A stretch of DNA of 64,000 bases from Lobosporangium transversale (Eukaryota): NCBI RefSeq assembly GCF_002105155.1, contig NW_019028990.1, positions 62,001 to 126,000 on the forward strand, read 5' to 3'. Shown here piece by piece: positions 25,336 to 40,005 of the stretch (position 1 is the first letter of the stretch; the number at the start of each line of letters is the position of its first letter). A model generated the notes under the pieces. It was not told the origin of the DNA. It made no database searches and was given only the letters and a program-made list of their open reading frames with translations. The position numbers and the translations under genes are program-made.

Positions 25336-26964
25336 GACTATTGGAATATAAAATATAATACATATTACATCTAACAGAAGATAGGCATTTGGGTTTGTTG
25401 CTCATCATTGTTTGATGTCTTCATAAAAAAAAAAATTGCTCAAGCACAATGTTGCGATTCAAGGCCAGAAAAGACTCACTTGACTCTTTTTTTTTTCATT
25501 CTAATATGAAAATATGAATGAATGTTGTGTGAATGATGAATGATGAATGATTACAACTACAGCCAAGCCAAAGACAGTATAAACACATAAACAACATCGA
25601 TAGGACACATAGGACATTTAACCCATATAGCCCATGAACATGTAAACATATAAACATATAAGCATATGTATATATATATATAATAACAACATAACCAGTT
25701 TTACTTTTTTATACTTTTTGCTTTTTATTTATTCTCAGTGAGAATGCTTTTGGCTTTGTGTCCTTATCTCATTCTCTCTTTTCCTCTTCTCTTTTCTTTT
25801 TCCGCATTGGGGCTCTTTCTTCCCTTCTCTCTTTCTTTCTTGCCTCTTTCCCACTACATTCCTGCTTCTCATTCGCACCACCCACTCACGCTTTGCATCC
25901 ATCCCTTTCATTCTACGCTCTGAAAAACAACACTCTCATTCACTCTTCCCCTCCAACGATCCTTTTCTACTCACCCTTTGACCCTTTTCTCTATCCAACG
26001 TAAATCCTGAACATTCACTCTTTATTTTTCCACAACAGCCAGCCTAGCGCGAATCTGTCCTTGAACTATTACACACGCAACACATACACTTACACTATTT
26101 ACACACATATACATACATATACAGCATATACAGCACAGCTCTTCAGTAGTTGATCTTTCATTGACCCAACAAGAGAAACACCAAAATATCCCTCCATTAC
26201 TACTTTTCCTTCATCCACATCTACATCTATCTACATCCACATCCATCAAAGCCATTTCCTCCTCCCACCCCAACTACCAGTTTTGAGGTGGTAAGTAAAA
26301 AAAAAATAAAAATCAAAAAAAAAAAAAAAAAATCATTCAAAACATAAGCACAGACAACAGACATAGACACAGGCGCCCATTTACACTCCCCCTGTACACA
26401 CACGCCCTTTCTATTCTTGTCTCCCGTCTTGATCCTCAGGATTTTGCACTACTTTTCCTTTGTCGGTCCTTTGTCGGTCTGTGTCTTCCCGGAGGATAAG
26501 AATAAAAAAAATGTATATTTGTGTGTATATAAAAAGAAAAGAAAAATAAAAAAGAAAAGAGAAAAGGCCTACAAGGCACCCCTTTGCCACACATACAAAA
26601 TACAAAAAAGCACAAGCATTTGATGACCAATTGCATCGTCAATGGTCTGTGGTCAAAGATTTTTCCGCGTCCCTGTGCAATTATTCTTGGTCCCTGATAA
26701 TCCCTTTTGCTTTTTTACTTTATTTTATTTTTTATTTTTTTTTTTTTTTAATTGCACCTTTCCCTTCTTCACATTTCTCTCTTTTCTTTTCTTTTTCTTT
26801 TCTTTTCTTTTCTTTCCTTTCCTTTTCTCTTCTCTTCTTTTTCTTTTTCATCTCAATTTTCGACCCAACTGACATCTAACCGCGCGTTTGCCCTTTTGAC
26901 TTTTTGGTAGAATTAAAGTCAAACATTCCCACTGTGGTCACACCCTCGTTCGACTCCAGACCAG

Positions 26965-29808
26965 ATGAGTTCATCGTCTGTCATCAACACCTATACTCCT
27001 CCTCCTCCCGATAAACCATCCGAAGGATCCTTCTCTGTATTTAAGGAGATTCGCTATCCTATCGCGGCAACCCCCTTACCACCCTCTTTATCAAAAACAA
27101 CAACATCAACGGCTGCAGTAAAAGAATCATCTAATAATCAATCCCCCCAAATCCGTTATTGCTACTTCATCTCTGCTGCATCCGTTGCCACAACAAATCC
27201 TTCCCACAGCTCAAAGCCCATCCTCGCATCACATGTTCAGGAACCAATGGACAACTCCCCCAACTGTACTCAACCTCGCCCTCGCACCAGCAAGGATACA
27301 TCCAGTGTCTTTGTCCTGGGCTCCAATCCCCCACAGATCCAACTACAGTTTCTAGAGGACCAACCGCTCCCCCCACTCACTTCCTCCGAACACGCCACGG
27401 CTGAGACAACAGCCCTCAATGGCTCTACGACCCAAAAGATCGGCTCAGACGTTGTCCTCGTAGAACGCAAGGACAGCGGCTATGGTGGCTCCGTCTCTAG
27501 AAGCTCTTCTTTGGCAGCCTTCAGTCGGGGGATCCGTAAAGTGTTTTGGCGCCATTCACAAAAGGACATGGTTGCGCCAGTCATTGCAGCGGACCCACCT
27601 GTCCTGGATTGCGATATTCCACAGGATGTTCTTGACCATGAGGAATGGGCACAGGACCTTGCAGAGAAACTTTGTCTTGCCTCCACTCCTGATGCAATCA
27701 CCGCTTGGCTTGGACAGCTGCCCTCGGAGCCCTCCATGGAAGAATCATTGCAGTCCCAGGATGACTCGAGTGAAATAGATGTCAGTTCAGTCCATCCAGA
27801 CGATATGGATTCGCACGACTCGGGATTGGACGTGGAGGAGATGGTGTTTGTCGTTCCTCAGTCGTTCGCGTCCGAGACATCGGCCCTCCCCTTGTCTAAA
27901 TCAGAATCAACTCTGAATCTGAACCAAGAGTCCTCTGCCACCCAAAGTGCCAATCATCCAACCCTTCGGAAAGTCTTCTCAAACGAGCAGCTCAATAAGC
28001 CTCAGCCCCCTCTTCCATTGGAGGCGTTAAAACACAAGCGCACACCAGTACCACCATCGCGCTCAAAGCGAGCATCCAATAACCTGTCCCCTCTCCAGAG
28101 CATCGCACGAAAGTTGACTTTTGTGGCCGAGATTGGTTTCAGCAGAGGTCCTACCCGTCGTCGAGCGCATGTCCAGGACCTGTTTTCAGAGCCAACAGAC
28201 ACTGCCCAGGCCTCTTCTTCCCAAAGGACTGAGGAAGGTCAGTTGTCAAACGCCGGTAGCACAGAACCTTCTGAAGAAGTATCTCCAAGGCTATCATCTG
28301 ATCAAGTGACATCGACTGTGGAACTGGAGGGATCATACTCAAACTCAAACCATCTCCGATCCAACCGACTCTTCAGGTCCTTGTCCCCTAGCTCTGCAAA
28401 GAGAAGCCTCCAATATGAGTCGCGCCCCCTTTCGGAGGTTCTTCTTTCAAAGTCCAACTTGAGTCCGGAGGAGATTTCGGCAGAGGTAGTAGAGGCATCT
28501 CGAAGTGCTTCCCTGCGCCTACCTCATTCATATCGGGCTGGGATTCCACAATGGGAAGGAAGTGAGGGTTCGTTTGTGGCGGCTGTGCGTCAGGGCAAGG
28601 AACGATCAAGCTCTTACCCTCTTGTGCCGCCCAAGCCTTTGTTTTATAACAAGGGTACAGCTGCTAGTGTTTCATCTTTGGGTGGCGTATCCTCCTGTGG
28701 CTCCGTTGACTCGTCCGTGGTCGATAGCAGCGCTGATGAGTGGGAGGGCATGTCCCGGATGGCACAGCATGCTAAAGAACAAAATGCTCGGTACTTAGCC
28801 AACCTGAAGGATTTGCAGGCACTGTTGTCTCTATCCGATCCCAGTCGTCGCCACTACACCCCTTCACATTCGACCAACACCTCCACAGGGTCACTCTCAC
28901 TTTATTCGATGCCACCTTCGCCCAGCAGGAAAGAGAGCAAAGGTAGCAAAGGAATATCAAAGAAGGATGACTATATGAGCCATCGCATGAGCGGATGCTC
29001 CCCAAGGACAAAGCCTAGAAGTAAAAGTCGATTGAGTATGACGTATGGTGGAGGAGAATTGGAGGTTGTAAAACATGCAAAGGTAAACAGCAGTTATAAC
29101 AGCTTTTCAAGATGGCGTCATACGTTTGATTCATGTATGATGATGTTGAAATGTGCCTGAAACTCACACTAGCGTTTATTTTGAATCTGCTACCCAAACA
29201 ATAACATTAGTTTGATACTCCCGAAGCCATTGCTCGTAATAAGGAGATCCGCAAGTTTATCTCTCAAGAGATCTATACCACAGAGCAGAACTATCTCCAG
29301 TACTTGCGCACCATGAACGAGGTAAAAATGGCCACATTGCATAATTTGAAGATTTTACAGCATCAATGACATTTTTGTTTGTTTAAAAAGAAAAAAGAAA
29401 AAAAAAGAAAAAAAAAAAAAAAAAAAAAGAAAGAAAGAAGAAAAACAGACTAATGATTAAGCTTTCATATATTTGTGTAAATCTTTCGAATGATACAGGT
29501 GTTTGTGGAGCCATTGTTCAACTCTTTTGAAACCGAAAAGTCATTTATACCCAAATCCAATCCTCTTTGCCAGCTATTGGCCCATATTCCCACATTGATG
29601 TCGGTCTCGAGTGATGTGGCTCAGCGTCTGGAAGACTGTGTTCGCGACGAGGTGTGGTCGGATGAGACGAGCATGGTTGGTACCATCTTTTTGGATGCCA
29701 AGGAACCCTTGTCGATCTTTTTGAAGTACGGTCAGTCCTACGGCAAAGGCATGAAGGCTCTCAAGGCATTATTAAAGTCGAAGCGATCTTCACTCGCCGC
29801 TCTACCCA

Positions 29809-29854
<46 letters not shown>

Positions 29855-30365
29855 AGTCCTTACGTCCACTCCTCTGGTCCCTCCTAGCCCTCGTCTGGAG
29901 AAACGTCGATCTTTACCGTCTCTCTTTCTTTTGAACATGTCCTCTACGTTACCCTGTCCTGAAGCGTTCGCGATTAGTTACCAGACCAGACCATCCAACG
30001 CTGACACTGGTTGCTTGGAGACTGATAAGAATAAGAAGTCGAGAAGAGGGGTGAAGTCTCACAGTACGTTGGGATCGTCCTCTCTCGGTTGCAATGGTGA
30101 TGGCAATGGTGTTGAGCTGTCCGAGTACGAGCGGTTCCTCCACAACTGTGTGGGAGGAACAGAGATGACGAGTCGATTTAGTCTTGCAGATCTGCTGATT
30201 CTTCCGATCCAGCGGGTGACTCGGTATTGCTTGTTGCTTAAAGATTTGAAGAAGCATACAGATGTCGAGCATCAAGATTATGTTTGCATCGTCCATGCGT
30301 TGGAACAGTTGCAAACGCTTGCTTTGGCCACCAACAATGTCCAATCATCCTCCGTCCGCATGTAG
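26965..30365 (+). CDS. Rho guanine-nucleotide exchange factor (Dbl-homology domain) with long Ser-rich N-terminus; 3 coding exons
   Basis: DH signatures EIYTTEQNYLQYL and LADLLILPIQRVTRYCLLLKDLKKHT. Exons 26965-29082, 29211-29321 and 29499-30365. Probable 5'UTR intron at 26291-26910. Confidence 0.88.
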
Positions 30366-30688
30366 ATTTTCCTTTCCTTCTATTCTCCTTTTTTTTTCTT
30401 TTACTTTTTTTTACTATTGACTTAATTACTTTTTGTCTTTTAGAATTACTAACCTCCCCTTCCCAAACTTGTATTATAATATGTAAAATAGCACTTGTAA
30501 AAAATAAAATTAAGATAAAAAAAAAAGACAGCGTGGGAGAAAGTGGAATAATGCTAAAAACAACAGCAAATAAAAAAAAATGCCATAAACGCTTTTTTTT
30601 TTCTTTGCCATTCTTTTTGTTTCCTCATTTCTCATTCTCTCTTTTTGCGTTCCATTCATTACCATTCCTATTTCGTTCATTCTAAACC

Positions 30689-31580
30689 ATGGTTTCTAGC
30701 ATTGTTGTCTATGGTGGCTCTGGTGCCCTTGGCCGTGCCCTTGTTTCGACATTTATTCAAAAGCAATGGGTAACTATTATTAATATTCCTATTATTATCA
30801 TTCCTCCCTTGCTTTCATTCTTTCATTCTTTCTTTACTCACTCTCAAGACTTTTTCTTATTGATTTCCCTATATTTATATGTACATCATCTTACTCTAGA
30901 TCGTGACATCGATCGATTTCTTTGCCAACCAAGAAGCGACGACCAACATTTTGCTCGAGAAGAATGATACGCTGGAAGAACAAGGAAGGCGCGTCATTGG
31001 CGCTGTGGGTGGCAAGGTGGACGCGATTGTTTGTGTTGCTGGTGGTTGGGCTGGTGGTAATGCTGCATCCGATGGTAAGGAAAAAAAGAAAAAAGAAAAA
31101 AAAAAACCAACCCTCTTTTTTCACTTTTTTTTTTTTTTTTCTTTTTCTGTTACTTTTATTAACAATTCTTTTTTTTTTTTTTGTATATTATAGAATTATT
31201 TGCTACCTCAGAGTTGATGTGGAAGCAGTCTGTGCATTCGTCTTTGGTTGCTGCTCACCTTGCCTCCAAGTACCTCAAGTCGTAAGTAAAAAAAAAAAAA
31301 AAAAATTATTATGAATGATGATTATGAGTGTTTCTTTATAGTTGTCCAATTGATCCACTAAGGAATTTTATTATTATTATAATTGTTATTTTTCTTGGTT
31401 ATTAGTGGTGGTCTGTTGACCTTGACTGGAGCTTATCCTGCGCAGAAAGGCACGCCTTTTATGATCGGGTATGGTATGGCCAAGGCTGCAGTTCATCAAC
31501 TTGTTGCCAGTCTTGCTGGACCTGACTCTGGTATTCCTGCTGATGCCACCGTCAATGCCATTCTACCGTAAGTGGGGGAG

Positions 31581-31611
<31 letters not shown>

Positions 31612-31930
31612 ATTCTTTGTAATACACTACTGTATAAGGCTTTTGCAATGTTACCTTTCAATTTGTCATGAAGTTTCCTTTTTCTGATTACATTTTGTGG
31701 GTGGGTTGCGGCTCATTTTTATGCACTTGAATAATTTTTTTTTTTTTTTTATACAAATTTTCCTATAGTGTCACCCTTGATACACCCATGAATCGCTCTG
31801 GTATGCCCAATGCTGATTTTACTTCATGGACCCCTTGCAATGAGGTTGCAGAGTAAGTTTGATGGCTCTAAATTTCATTATCTCCCTTCCCTTCGCACGC
31901 GTCATTCTGAGCTTTATCAAGCCCCATTTG

Positions 31931-31966
<36 letters not shown>

Positions 31967-32108
31967 CATTTATCTCATTTGTTGTGTATGTTTTTTTTTT
32001 TCTTTTAGGACTATTTATTCCTGGGCAACAGGCGTTAACCGTCCCACGTCTGGCAAGTTGATTGAAATAGTGACCAAGGACAACAAGACCACTTACACTG
32101 AAAAATAA
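30689..32108 (+). CDS. QDPR: Dihydropteridine reductase (SDR family); 6 exons
   Basis: [40 protein letters not shown] and [19 protein letters not shown]. Exons 30689-30769, 30900-31074, 31194-31281, 31406-31567, 31769-31852 and 32009-32108. Confidence 0.95.
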
Positions 32109-32349
32109 ATATGTATACATTAGTTCCTGTCAAAAGGTCTAAGCAAAAGGAAAAGGAAGAAAGCAATTAGGAAAAATAAATTCAATTAAACTAAAAATTA
32201 AAACTAAAGTTAAATAAAAAAAGGCTAAACTGAACTACACAGCCCTTAATGGCATCCATCGAGTGAGTCACAAAAAATAAATCGGATGTTTTATCCATGG
32301 ATGGATGGCATCCGCAGTTTTTTTTTTTTTCCTTTCTTATCCAAATTTC

Positions 32350-32435
32350 ATCCATCAACCATCCATTTCCATCCATCAACCATCCATTTCCATCCATCAA
32401 ACATCCATCCATCAGACATCCAGAGACATCCATCC
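32350..32435. repeat. (CCAT)n-rich tract with 21-bp period
   Basis: CCATCAACCATCCATTTCCAT is repeated; a related CCAT tract lies at 34425-34507. Confidence 0.75.
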
Positions 32436-33010
32436 TTAACAAGGTATACATATACTTATATTAAAAGGGTATTGCGCTGCATGCTATGTTAGTACACCTA
32501 TCCACCCTTCTCTACTTGATGGTTGGTGTAAAGGGTTTCATCATCGCTATCGTTCTTTCTTTCTTTTTATTTTTTTATGGGAGTGGTAGAAAAGAAGAAG
32601 GGGTGACGCGCGACCCTGAAATATGATCGGAGGAGGAGGTTTTCTCTGTCTTGACATGAGACCATGACCATCCACACAAATGAATGCATCCCATTGACCT
32701 GATGAGCTCGTGTAGTGTGGGTTGCTTCTAAAATACAAACAAAAAGCCCTTTCTGTTATATTATTTATTTATTGGAGCAAGAAAGAATGATTTTTCAAAT
32801 TCTTTGACTGAGCCGTGGGTGCATTCATTCTATCTATGCTATGCATACCAACCAACGCTCCGTCCGCGTGAATAATAAGGGTCTAACTACTGCATCTCCT
32901 AGATTTGATTTGTTAACGTTAACGATTTTTCTCGATTGTTGTATGTGCTGCTTTATATTTACTACAAATGAAATGTTAGACATCAATATATATATTATAT
33001 ATATACCACA

Positions 33011-34052
33011 ATGAGTGACACCAAGACCATTGATCTCGACAATATTATTGAAAGATTGCTTGAAGGTATAAAAAAAAAAAAAAAACAAATGATATCCTAG
33101 AAAAGGACTTGTTTTCGTATATCTATTTTCTTTCTGCTCATAGTTCTCTCTCTCTTTCTCTTCAACTTTTTTTTTTTTTTTTTTGTTTTATTCAAATAGT
33201 TCGCTCTTCACGTCCAGGCAAACAAGTCCAGTTGCTCGAACATGAGATTCGGTTCTTGTGCGGGACTGCGCGCGAGATCTTGATGTCTCAGCCCACGTTA
33301 CTGGAGCTGGAGGCACCGATCAAGATCTGTGGTGATATCCATGGTCAATATTATGATCTACTACGATTGTTCGAGTATGGTGGGTTCCCACCCGAGGCCA
33401 ACTACCTCTTCTTAGGCGATTATGTCGATCGAGGCAAACAATCGCTCGAGGTCATTTGTCTGTTATTGGCCTATAAGATCAAGTATCCCGAGAACTTTTT
33501 CCTTCTACGGGGTAATCACGAGTGTGCGAGCACAAACAGGATCTATGGGTTCTTTGATGAGTGCAAACGTCGGTACAACATTAAGCTCTGGAAGACCTTC
33601 ACGGACTGTTTCAATTGTTTGCCTGTGGCCGCGATTGTGGATGAGAAGATCTTTTGTATGCATGGTGGTCTCTCACCTGATCTGTTGAGTATGGAACAGA
33701 TCCGGAGGGTGATGCGACCGACCGATATCCCGGACTCGGGTCTGCTCTGCGACTTGTTATGGTCCGATCCAGACAAGGATAGTGAGGGTTGGAGTGAAAA
33801 CGACCGGGGGGTGTCCTTTACGTTTGGACCAGATGTGGTCAGCCGGTTTTTACAAAAGCATGATCTGGAGCTCATCTGTCGTGCCCATCAAGTGGTCGAG
33901 GACGGATACGAGTTCTTTGCGAGGCGCCAATTGGTGACCGTGTTCTCGGCTCCTAATTACTGTGGAGAGTTTGATAATGCAGGAGCATTGATGAACGTTG
34001 ATGAAACGTTGATGTGCTCGTTTCAGGTAAAAGTCCATCCACAATGCTATTT

Positions 34053-34084
<32 letters not shown>

Positions 34085-34224
34085 TTTAAACAAAAAGAGA
34101 TTTGACAGTAACTCTCTGATCCAATGCACATTTTGGATGAGAATCACAATAGATCCTGAAACCTGCTGTAAAGAAGGTCAAGTACTCTTATGGTCCTTCA
34201 CACCTTGGCAAGAAGAAGAAATAG
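33011..34224 (+). CDS. Ser/Thr protein phosphatase PP1 catalytic subunit, divergent copy A; 3 exons
   Basis: GDIHGQ, GDYVDRG, RGNHE, HGG and [11 protein letters not shown]. Exons 33011-33065, 33200-34026 and 34153-34224; ends ...[13 protein letters not shown]. Confidence 0.93.
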
Positions 34225-35413
34225 AGAGATGGTCAAGATCAAATGAAAGAGATATCCAGTATAGTTCATTAAATTAATTTAATATTTTAATTAAAAAAAA
34301 AAAAAAAAAAATCATAGTCCTTCGCTTAGATGCTTAAGGGCTCTCGCTCTTTTTTTTTTTTTTTTTTTTTTTTAATTACTATTCGGGTCGCTTTCTCATC
34401 TTTTTTTTTATTTCTTTTTTCCCCCCATCCATCGATCACTCATCGATCACCCATCCATCATCCATCCATCATCCATCCACCAACCATCCATCCATCACCC
34501 ATCCATACACATTCTCTTTATTCCTTGTGTAAGTTACTAGTGCTACTACTACTACTACTACTACAAGTTATCTAATCTAATCACCAAATCATCATCGCTG
34601 CAACAGCCTCACCTTGAAAAACGCCTTTCATCTCTGCCGTTTCTTTCTTTGATTTTGCTCTGTTGTTTCAGCCGTTTCAGTTCTTTCAATAGCAATATTC
34701 GGGCTGGCTTGTAGGCGTTGTTTTTTTTTTTTTTTTTTTTGAAAGGCTGTTCTTTTTTCAAGCAATATTAAAGGAGAAAGTTGTTTCTTCAAAAGCTGAA
34801 TATGTTAATTTCCCTAAACGGATACGGGGGTGGTAGTGTGGATCCTTTTATTACTGCCTTTTTCTTTCTTTCTTTCTTTCTTTTTTTTTTATGGTGTGTG
34901 TGTGTGTGTCTCCAGAAATAAAAATGACATTTTGAGCAAAAGTTGTTAAAAGTTGTGTGGGGTTATGTGGCAGGCATCTACGTCCAAGGGGAGCTCTCCT
35001 TTAGTCCAAGTCTCAGTCTTCACCCTTGCCACCTTTTTTTTTTTTTTTTTTTTTCTCTCAACTTTCGACGTTAATGGATTTTATATCAGTTGAAGAGTAT
35101 TATTGTTCACACCCTAAGACGACTTTCTTTGACGATTGATTGAACGTTGTTGGTCGCAATAGGTTTTTTTTTTTTTTTTTTTGTTTGTCTTCTTCCTTCT
35201 TGGTTGTCCTCTGCTCTTTGACCGGATCAGAAAAATACACTCCCTTTTTTCCTCCTTTCCCTTTTCACTTTTCCTTTTTCTCTTCTCTTTTTTTCAACAT
35301 CCAACTAATCCAATTATATTTCCTCTCCCTTTTTTTTTTGTTGCTTACCTATTCATCTATAGTTTTGTCAACTATCCTATTGATCACATACCGCTGTGGT
35401 CCCTCATTATAAC

Positions 35414-36792
<1,379 letters not shown>

Positions 36793-37022
36793 ACAGGATT
36801 GTGAAATATTCATTCTAGGAGGAGGGGAAAAAAATACAAAAAAACAAAAACAAAAACAAAAAAAAAAAAAAAAAAAAAAAAAATTCAACATTATGGAGCT
36901 TGATTTAAACATCCACCAATAATCCACAATAACAAAAAGATAATAATAAACAAATCAAACTCGGACAGTGTATAAAGAAAGGATTTTATTTTTTATTTTT
37001 ATTTTTTTTACTTGTTAATCAA

Positions 37023-39808
37023 TCATTTACAATCAAACGTTTTGAGGAATCGTTCTGTGAGGAAAGCATTCTTTTTGCCTTCAAACTCGACTTCAATGGC
37101 CTTGAATGGATATGCCCAACGTATCGTATAAGTCACCTCTGGATCATCAATGATGACACACTTGCGCAAAAAGTTGAAGAAACCGTCTAAAAAATTGATG
37201 CAGACCGTTGAATCCTAAATAAATAAAAGGAGGAATTCAGTAAAATTCAGAGGTCCAGGTTATAAAGAAAAAAGAAATACTTCAAATGAGGCTTTTTTTT
37301 TTTTTTTTTTTTTTTTTTTCTTCAATACCCAAGCTCCTTCTCTACCACGAACAAGACGTGGGAGTTCCAAGGTTTTGAAAGTCTTGACGTTAACAACATT
37401 GCCATCATCATCTCTAAACCCAACGATGATCGTTGGGATTCCAGGCAGGAACGACTGCGCCCAAAATTTGAGTAACTTGTGCCTATGATACGCAAAAAAA
37501 AAAAAAAAAAAAAAAAAAGATGCTCGTAAGTTCCAATCTTCTCTTCAAGGAAAGTTTATAAAGTAAAAAAAAAATTAGGAGGTTGTAGTTTCTTTTTCTT
37601 TTCCTTTTTACCTCTCAAAGTTGTTTCGCTCTCGATCGTTGCGGATGACGCGTGAGGTCTTGAGTTCAATGTAATTCGAAAGAGGGTTTGACCTCGCTGG
37701 ATCCTTGGGCTCTAAAAGTTACAAAAAATAGTCAATAGTAAACAGTGGAAAGTTTTAGAGTTGTAGTAGTAGTAGAGAAAAAGTATAAATAGCTGGCAGG
37801 CTTTACAGAAATGGAGTCCTGGTCATTTTCTGAACACATACCGGACGTGCAGTCAACCTCTGCTCCCATAATGATACTGTTGCCTCCAATCTTGGTCCGA
37901 GCAACGGTGCAATATTGAAAATTAGTATTCACAATCCCATCCATTCGTCCTGTCAGCTCAGGATCTTCCAAGTCAATTTGCTCGACCATATCACTATCAC
38001 TATCACTGTTAATGTTATCCTTATCGTAATTACTATCATTGTAATTGTTCTTGTTGTTGTTGTTGTTGTTGTTGGTATCTTGTTCATTCTGGTCTTTATT
38101 GGTTGAACCAGAGTTAGTTTCCTTCACCGACACATCACCTTCAAGACGCGCTACTTTATGAGGCTTAGAACTGTTATCCTTCTTCACCACTGTCAAGTCT
38201 GTCTCGCCAGAGCTGACACCGATTTCATTATTCATTGATGGCGCTTCAAAGGAGGCTAAAACTGTTTTATCAGGACCAGGATCAAGAGTAGAGGAGGCAC
38301 GTCGTGTCCTGGTCCTGGTCCTGGTCTTGGTCTTGGTCTCGGTCTCGGTCTTGGTCTTGGTCTCGGTCTTGGTCTTAGTCTTGATCCTTCGTAATTCTGA
38401 CACAGGCTTGGAGATGTTGCAAATAGTCTCGAATCGATAGCCCCAATATGACATTAGTTTGTTCCGCTCATCGGATCCTGCTGCATTTCGGCGTTTCTCT
38501 GCTGAAACATGCTCCTCCATATATCTTTTTAAGAACAGGGTCAGACAGACAGACACACATGTTTAAAAATAAAAATATATGTTAATATAAAGAAACAAAA
38601 TATAATGTAATAATAATAATAATAATAATAAAAAAAGAGGAAAGGATGAGGCCATATTATATTGTGAGGGGGTACATTAGTAGGTTTTGAACACACATTT
38701 ACAACATGCTTATCATGTCATCCACGAGTATTTTTTTTTTTTTTTTTTTTTTTTTCTTTTTTACATTGAGCCCTTGAAAAGAGTAGCTCCTAATTCCCAA
38801 GGCTCGTTCCTTGAATAGGGCGTACACATGACCTTGGTCAGGATACCTCTATAACATATAAAGTCTGCACTCGTAATGCTGGTACTGGATATCATAGTTC
38901 CTCTGTCTTCTGATGGCTGTTGTGGTTCCTGTTGAGGTTCTTCAGCTTTATTAGGTAGAGCTAAAGGACCTCTTTGTTCCCTTTCACGCTCTTGGATACA
39001 GATTAATGCATCCAGTAAAGCATCGATGTGCTCATCCACCATCAAATCCCGAGAAATGTACTTGTCGTAATTCACAGACAGATTATTGGCTTTCCTCAGA
39101 TCCGGTGGGAAATAATATTTCTAAAAAAAAAAAAAAAAAAAAAAAAAATAGTAATAAAAGTAATAAAAGTAATAAGAATAATAAATATATAGTAGAGAAT
39201 AACGACAATAATAGTAATAATGATAGTAACAATAATGATAATAAAACAACAAAGACATTATTGCTGCTGCTGAACTTTACGAGTTGTGAGTCGTCCATGA
39301 TAAACTGACGGTTCTCATCATATGAAAAGCTTCCGATCTCCATAGGCTGACGAACGGCCACACACTTGACTTTAAATCGATCTAATGGTTGGATTGGGAA
39401 CTGGTTCTCTGGCACAGGTCCAGATAGTTCACGTCGTGAGTGGTTGGTATGATGGCCTTGATAGGGTTGACGGGGTTGGAAGGACGAACCATTGGATAAA
39501 TGGTAGTGATGGTATGGTGCTTGCTGCTGCTGTTGCTGCTGTTGTTGTTGTTGACGATGACCCTGATATTGCAGGAACGGTCGGGGGGTTGGAAAAGGTG
39601 GAGGCTGTCCTGGTGCAAGGCGGATTGGGGCTGGACGCTCCTGCGGTTGTTGTCGATGCCTATAGTCCCTAGGACGATGGCTAGGGCGTCCACGGCTATG
39701 GTTTGGATATGAATCCTGGCCGTTATTGTGGTGGTGGTTGCGGCTGTTACTGCCCTGTGACGCGTTCTGCGGGCGTGGGCGCGACGAGTCCTCAGAGTGT
39801 TGAGACAT
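37023..39808 (-). CDS. RAI1: RAI1/DXO decapping exoribonuclease family; 6 exons
   Basis: ADFICYRGILTK, YWGYRFE, GAEVDC, YIELKT and KFWAQSFLPG..IIVGFRD. In-frame GT-AG junctions from ATG 39808 to TGA 37023-37025. Confidence 0.93.
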
Positions 39809-40005
39809 TCTTGACACCTTCAGAATCAATAGTACTTTCCTAGCAATCTAAACTTCCCCTCTTAGCTTCGCTTGTCCCTGAAATGCTACAAAGTCAAATG
39901 AATGCATTCGCAGAAAAAAACTCATTCATATAAAGGAATGTAAAAAAAGTGCAGTGACTGCTTCTAGTTTTCTAGTTCAATTTTTTTATTTTTTTATGAC
40001 TAGGA

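Noticed and set aside
39083..39280. Poly-Leu transmembrane-like segment in ORF 39083-39829
   Set aside because: It is read-through into RAI1 intron 1.
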